IMG/VR virus record: IMGVR_UViG_3300033562_002159
Coordinates: 1 to 38,932 of that record
DNA from: a virus
Lineage: Duplodnaviria; Caudoviricetes
Direction: 5' to 3' (one strand)
DNA length: 38,932 nucleotides
Below, in pieces: positions 34,874 through 38,932 of the stretch. The notes under the pieces were generated by a model that saw only the letters and a program-made list of their open reading frames with translations, did not search any database and was not told where the DNA came from. Position numbers and translations under genes: made by a program. Within the stretch, counting starts at the first letter, position 1. Each line of letters starts with the position of its first letter.

Positions 34874-36001
34874 TTATTTTTTAGTAGGTTTTTTAGTAGG
34901 TTTTTTCTTTTGTACATCTTTTACCTCTTTTTCTTTTACCTCTTTTTCTAGTGAGTGTTCTTCATTAATACACTCCTTTTTTAATTCTAAAACCTTTTTA
35001 TCATTCTTAAGTTTTAATATTTTTTCATCTAATTTCTCTAAAAACAATAAGCCTTGCTCTTTGTTTGCTTCTGTTATAGTATTTGTATTTATTATATTCT
35101 TCCAAGTAGCAGCCCTTATTATTTCATTTTTTTCTTTTGTATATCTTATATTTCATTTAGAATCTAATTCATTTGGATATAATTCTATTGATAAATTCCA
35201 CATTGTATTCCAAGCAGTAATTATATTTTTAATTTGTTTAGCGGTAATTTTTTCAATATTTACATTTGGTAAATCTTTTTTAATTCAATCATCTGTATAT
35301 TTAAAATCATTAACTATTTCATTTTTAGATAATTTTAAATTTTCAATATATCATTGAAAAATTGAGAAATTAGGCTCAATATCAATAGGGAATTGATTAA
35401 ATCTATCTTTAGTTAAATATTTTTGACTTCATTTAGTTAAGATATAATGTTCTCAAGTTTTATTAATTCACATAAAACAAACTAAATCCATATATGCAGC
35501 GATATCTCTTGCTGTTTGACCATTTAACATCGGAACTATCTTATCAATTTTATCCTCATCTTTACTTTCTTTTGCTAAAGCGGTAAAAATAATATGTTTA
35601 TCGAGGTTTCTGAATTTTCTTAAAATAGCTTTAATTTCGTCTTGAATTTTTCACCAATCTCTTCAATCAAGATCTCTTCATCATTTTTTAAATTTAATAT
35701 CATCTTTAATTATTTCATTAATTTCTGTAATTGAATCAATAATAATAGTATCAATTTTAAATCAACTTTTTTCATTTTCATTATTTTCAACATAAATTAA
35801 AGCATCTTTTAAATCTTTAATAGACTCGATTTTTATACCAATAGGATTAGTATGCATAACTGAGGCTAATCCTCACTCTGCACTTAACCAAAAAGGATTA
35901 GATGCTGTTGAGCCAAACACTGTTTTTCATGAACCACTCTCTCCATATACAAGACATTTTATTTTATGATCTTGTATATTAAATCTTTCAACTTTCGTCA
36001 T
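34874..36001 (-). CDS. AAA_24 / Sak4-like ATPase (recombination/annealing; 375 aa)
   Basis: Walker A LVYGESGSGKT (last Gly is TGA); Walker B IIIDSITE; RDWGKIQ; HIIFTA; IAAYMDLV. Confidence 0.88.
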
Positions 36002-36065
36002 AATTTTAAACAATTAAACAAATAAACTTACATTTATAATAACACATTATGTATTATTATAAATA

Positions 36066-36107
36066 TAAGCTTACTTCTTTTTCTTTTTTAGACAACTTTT
36101 TTATCTA
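36066..36107 (-). promoter_or_regulatory. Repeated promoter copy driving the replication operon
   Basis: TAGATAAAAAAG-TTGTCT-N16-TAAGCT. Confidence 0.8.
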
Positions 36108-36149
36108 AAGTTAAAAAATTATTATATTTTAGAATTTTATTTATTTAAT

Positions 36150-36379
36150 ATTAAATACATCAAACATATTTAATATTAAATATGTTTGATATATTTAAAG
36201 CTATCTAGAATAGCTAGTTTTTTATAGTCCTTTCTTAGACTCATTAACCAATTTATCACTAATACCTTTTAGTTTGTCACCATTGACAGTCGAGAACTCT
36301 GTCCCGAATTAGGAATCGAACCTTGCTACTATTTTGTATCTAAAATTATTAATAATTTAATTAAGTATTTCTCTTAATT
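36150..36379 (-). ncRNA. Candidate ~230-nt structured non-coding RNA with a tRNA-like T-loop
   Basis: Downstream of a promoter copy; no ORF; locally GC-enriched; consecutive hairpins including AGG-UUCGAUU-CCU, UGUCA-AUGG-UGACA, AGCUAU-UCUAG-AUAGCU and a terminal 48-nt palindrome. Confidence 0.5.
36151..36198. repeat. 48-bp palindrome with one mismatch
   Basis: TTAAATACATCAAACATATTTAAT|ATTAAATATGTTTGATATATTTAA; the mismatch is a G-U pair in minus-strand RNA. Confidence 0.9.
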
Positions 36380-36380
36380 G

Positions 36381-36425
36381 AACACATCTTACTCATTTTT
36401 TATTTTAAGTCAACCTTTTTATCTA
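36381..36425 (-). promoter_or_regulatory. Repeated promoter copy (TAGATAAAAAGG-TTGACT-N16-TAAGAT)
   Basis: 36361-36400 is identical to 23531-23570. Confidence 0.8.
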
Positions 36426-36449
36426 AAAATTAAATAAAAATAACAATTT

Positions 36450-36737
36450 TTATATTTTATAACAATGTTGTTTGAAATAATAATCTAACTCTTTATTGCT
36501 TAAAAGTTTAATAAAATCACTTTTTACTTCTTTCGTTAAAGAGGTATTATTTATTCTTAATATTTCTATAATTTGTCAAGGGAATACTAAGTTTTGAAAT
36601 ATTGTATGAAATGCTTGGTGAGAAACATTCTTTAACATAATTTTATTATCAAAATGATTTGTTCATTTTACTTTAGTTCAATCATTTAATATTCAATTTT
36701 GACATACATTATGGTGACAAGTTAATCAATTTTTCAT
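36450..36737 (-). CDS. Small HNH-family protein (95 aa)
   Basis: TCHHNV...GTNHFDNKIMLKNVSHQAFHTIFQN. Confidence 0.65.
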
Positions 36738-36755
36738 AATATTAAAATTAATAAT

Positions 36756-36785
36756 AAAAAAAAAGATAATATTAAAATTATCTTT
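36756..36785 (-). terminator. Rho-independent terminator after the peptidase gene
   Basis: AAAGATAAT-TTTAAT-ATTATCTTT running into T9. Confidence 0.65.
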
Positions 36786-37362
36786 ATATAAACATGTATT
36801 TTGTTCTTTGATCTATTGTTTTTAATACCTCTTTAATATTACAAGAATAAATCCATTCTCTTTTGTGTGTATTAAATGCATAATTATCAATCATATAATC
36901 TCTCTTATTAGTATTGATTATATTTAAATAATGCTTTAAATCTGTTCATTGAAAAGAAAAATAATTTATTCCATTAATTGTTCAATCTTTTACATCTTCT
37001 GTAAATTTTTTATTAACAGAGATTCAAAGTATTATTGCATATTCTTGATTGATATATTTTACAACATCTTTATTTAGTGTAAAAGATTTTAATTCTGGAA
37101 TTTTCCAATTTCTATTGATAGAATTTTCAATTATGTAATTTAAAATATATCTAGTTACAATTCTTCATTCTGCTCAATAATTTTCAACAAACTTTCAATC
37201 AAAAATCATTTTATTACAAATTGTATCCAAATCATTTAAAGATAACATAATTCAACAATTATATGCTAAATTAACTGCACTTGAATATAAGGTACATTGA
37301 TATAATCTATCTTTTCTACTTCACTGATTTAATATATGATTATATAATTTAAATTTATTCAT
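36784..37362 (-). CDS. Papain-like cysteine peptidase, candidate endolysin (192 aa)
   Basis: LNQG...QCTLYS (oxyanion Gln, catalytic Cys), KHYLNII (His), MIDNY (Asn/Asp) in C1/C39-type order; at the end of the late region. Confidence 0.6.
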
Positions 37363-37404
37363 AAATTTATAGATAAGTTTCTAAATTTTCTCACTCTTTT
37401 TATT

Positions 37405-37596
37405 TTATTTTTTATTAATTTCTTTTTCTGAAGCTAAAATAGCTTCAAACTTTTCAAGTATTATTATTCTTTGAAGAATGATACTTTTTTTATAATTTTT
37501 TTCATTATCGTATCAAATCATTCTATCTATTGACTTAAATTCTTGATTAAGTTTTTTAATATCATTACTTTTATTGATGAAATTTAAATATTCCAT
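37405..37596 (-). CDS. Hypothetical protein (63 aa)
   Basis: MEYLNFINKSNDIKKLNQEF...; open in code 25. Confidence 0.5.
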
Positions 37597-37605
37597 ATAT
37601 TATTT

Positions 37606-37896
37606 TTAACAATTAAAATTAAAATATTTTTTTCAAAAAAATCTTACTGTAAAATAATATAAATAAGCCCAAATATAAAAATAAAATCTTTTATAAAAAA
37701 TTAAATTTTTTATATCTAATTTAATATATTCAAGTAAATAAATATCTGCAATTTTTCTATCAATATTATTTCATCACTTATTATATAATTCATCATGTTT
37801 ATTACAACAAGCTTTAAACATAATATTATATGGTGGCTTAAATTTCGCTCATTTACCTCCACATCAATTTACTAGATTTTCTTTTAATTCTTTCAT
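37606..37896 (-). CDS. Phospholipase A2-like protein (96 aa)
   Basis: NGCGGKG...FKACCNKHDELYNKGG...DRKIAD...AYLYYFTVRFFG: CCxxHDxxY plus downstream Asp. Confidence 0.75.
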
Positions 37897-37918
37897 AATA
37901 ATAAAATTAAAAAATAAA

Positions 37919-38194
37919 TTATTTTTTTAATAAAATATTTATAACTTGATCTATCTTTATATTATTTTTATCTATTTCCTCTTTAAGGTCACTTTTCATT
38001 ACATATAAATACTTTTGTAATGCTTCGTATTTTTCTTCTAAATTGATTATTTTGTTTCTATTTTCTAGTATTTTAGACTCTGCTCAAAAAACTAAACTTC
38101 ATCACTGAAATCATAATACTAATAAAAAAACAATAACACTAACCATTATTCACACACTAACTGACACAGAGTATTTTTCAATAGATTCTCCCAT
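37919..38194 (-). CDS. Single-TM plus coiled-coil protein, holin/XhlA-like candidate (91 aa)
   Basis: VSVGIMVSVIVFLLVLGFQGG TM helix followed by a coiled coil; located after the fibre genes. Confidence 0.5.
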
Positions 38195-38216
38195 TTTCTT
38201 TATATTAAAATAATAA

Positions 38217-38696
38217 TTATTCTTGTATAATTAAGTCAAAGTGAATCAAGACATCCATCAAGTCTTGATTTATTTCATCTGGAATATTATCCATTTTTAT
38301 TTTTTCTAATTCAATTTTAGATTTTTCATTTAAAAATTGATTATAAACTTTTAAAACTTCTTTGAATTCAGTTATTTCTTTTTCGAATTCTAAATTTAAT
38401 TTACTTAATTCTTTTTGAAATTTATCTTCGTTTAAAATGTCGTAATTTGATATACCTTCAATTATCTTGTAAATAAAATTTCATTTTTCATCTTTTTTAC
38501 AATATTTTTCACATATTTTTCATCTTTTTTCATCATATTCTTTATATTTATCTGATTTTACTAAAGTTTCTTCAATAATCTTTAATTCATTTATTAAAAT
38601 ATTTTTATTTTTTCAAATAAAATACTTAAAAAAAGAATTTCAAACATTAGATTTATTGATTATTAAAAAAATTTTTTGTAGGTTTCAATTATTCAT
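38217..38696 (-). CDS. DUF1617-like protein following the tail fibre (159 aa)
   Basis: FKYFIGKNKNIL...YDEKRGKICEKYCKKDEKGNF...KIELEKIKMDNIPDEI pattern. Confidence 0.6.
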
Positions 38697-38766
38697 AATT
38701 ATAATTATTAATATATAAAATATACTACTATAAGTAATATTGTAGTAGTACTATTTGGACTACATT

Positions 38767-38795
38767 AGTATATTTAATTTTTAGATTTATACAAC
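38767..38795 (-). promoter_or_regulatory. Putative promoter G-TTGTAT-N16-TATACT for the post-fibre/lysis block
   Basis: Overlaps the fibre stop codon; followed by a TACTAC..GTAGTA inverted repeat at 38723-38750. Confidence 0.55.
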
Positions 38796-38932
38796 TGATT
38801 TTGCTTCAATTCTATAAGCTACTCAATTTACTTTTATGTTTATGTATGCTGTAGTAGTTCAAGTAGGAGCAGTTGCAGTAGTTAGATTAGTTGCAAAATC
38901 TATTGCAGCTGAACTTGTATTTCAAGAAACCA
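38787..38932 (-). CDS. C-terminal end of the long tail fibre (continuation of 1..2716)
   Basis: ...TAYINIKVNGVAYRIEAKSVV*; in frame across the junction. Confidence 0.85.
38816..38932. repeat. Terminal direct repeat copy 2 (circular assembly overlap)
   Basis: Identical to 1-117. Confidence 0.97.

Larger units (their letters stand above)
1..38932 (-). mobile_element. Complete circular bacteriophage genome (Mu-like head module, non-contractile siphovirus-type tail) using genetic code 25; probable Gracilibacteria/Absconditabacteria host
   Basis: Terminase, portal, MuF, protease, capsid, tail tube, tape measure and fibre genes are all readable on the minus strand with TGA=Gly; the ends overlap by 117 bp and the tail-fibre ORF runs in frame across the junction. 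Confidence 0.95.

Noticed and set aside
5739-35357. Plus-strand ORFs in the supplied track (e.g. 15448..15867, 18821..19129, 24128..24475, 35061..35357)
   Set aside because: They are antisense shadows of real minus-strand code-25 genes, S/F/L/I-rich with no motifs
36299-36330. tRNA gene or tRNA-derived attP
   Set aside because: Only a T-arm-like GGTTCGATTCC is present, with no upstream acceptor complement, D-arm or anticodon arm, and there is no integrase; kept only as part of the ncRNA candidate
23531-36425. Dispersed ~45-bp repeats as CRISPR repeats or integron attC sites
   Set aside because: They are separated by kilobases of genes, lack attC dyad structure and have clear -35/-10 architecture; no cas or intI gene
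1-38932. Genome-wide pseudogenisation, or genetic code 4 (TGA=Trp, Mollicutes)
   Set aside because: TGA aligns with invariant Gly (Walker A, QGEG, HGH, ETTG), while conserved Trp uses TGG or CGG
38816-38932. Biological terminal repeat of the virion DNA
   Set aside because: It falls inside a coding sequence and is k-mer-sized; most likely an assembler circular overlap

Overview
A complete, circularly assembled ~38.8-kb tailed-phage genome (117-bp end overlap; very AT-rich). All ~50 genes lie on the minus strand and open only if TGA is read as glycine (translation table 25), pointing to a Gracilibacteria/Absconditabacteria (CPR) host; the supplied ORF track therefore misses nearly every real gene. 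Conserved positions also suggest CGG is read as Trp while CGA remains Arg. Transcription order: AAA_24/Sak4-like ATPase, HTH regulator, iteron-containing replication initiator, nucleases; a DNA-modification block (QueD, FolE, QueE, MT-A70 methyltransferase, DpdL-like T-fold protein, DUF1599 protein, DpdA-like transglycosylase, dUTPase) predicted to make 7-deazaguanine DNA; DEDDh exonuclease, SSB, TM2 protein; P22-like TerS, TerL, Mu-like portal, MuF fused to a HipA/PI3K-like kinase domain, Mu-like protease/scaffold and capsid; a non-contractile tail with a -1 frameshifted chaperone; two fibres; and an unusual candidate lysis block (single-TM protein, PLA2-like, papain-like). Also present: a repeated GTTG-N19-TAnnnT promoter and a promoter-driven, ORF-free multi-hairpin RNA candidate. 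I saw no integrase, transposase, DNA polymerase, intact tRNA or CRISPR array. All translations were done by eye and family calls rest on recognised motifs, not database searches.
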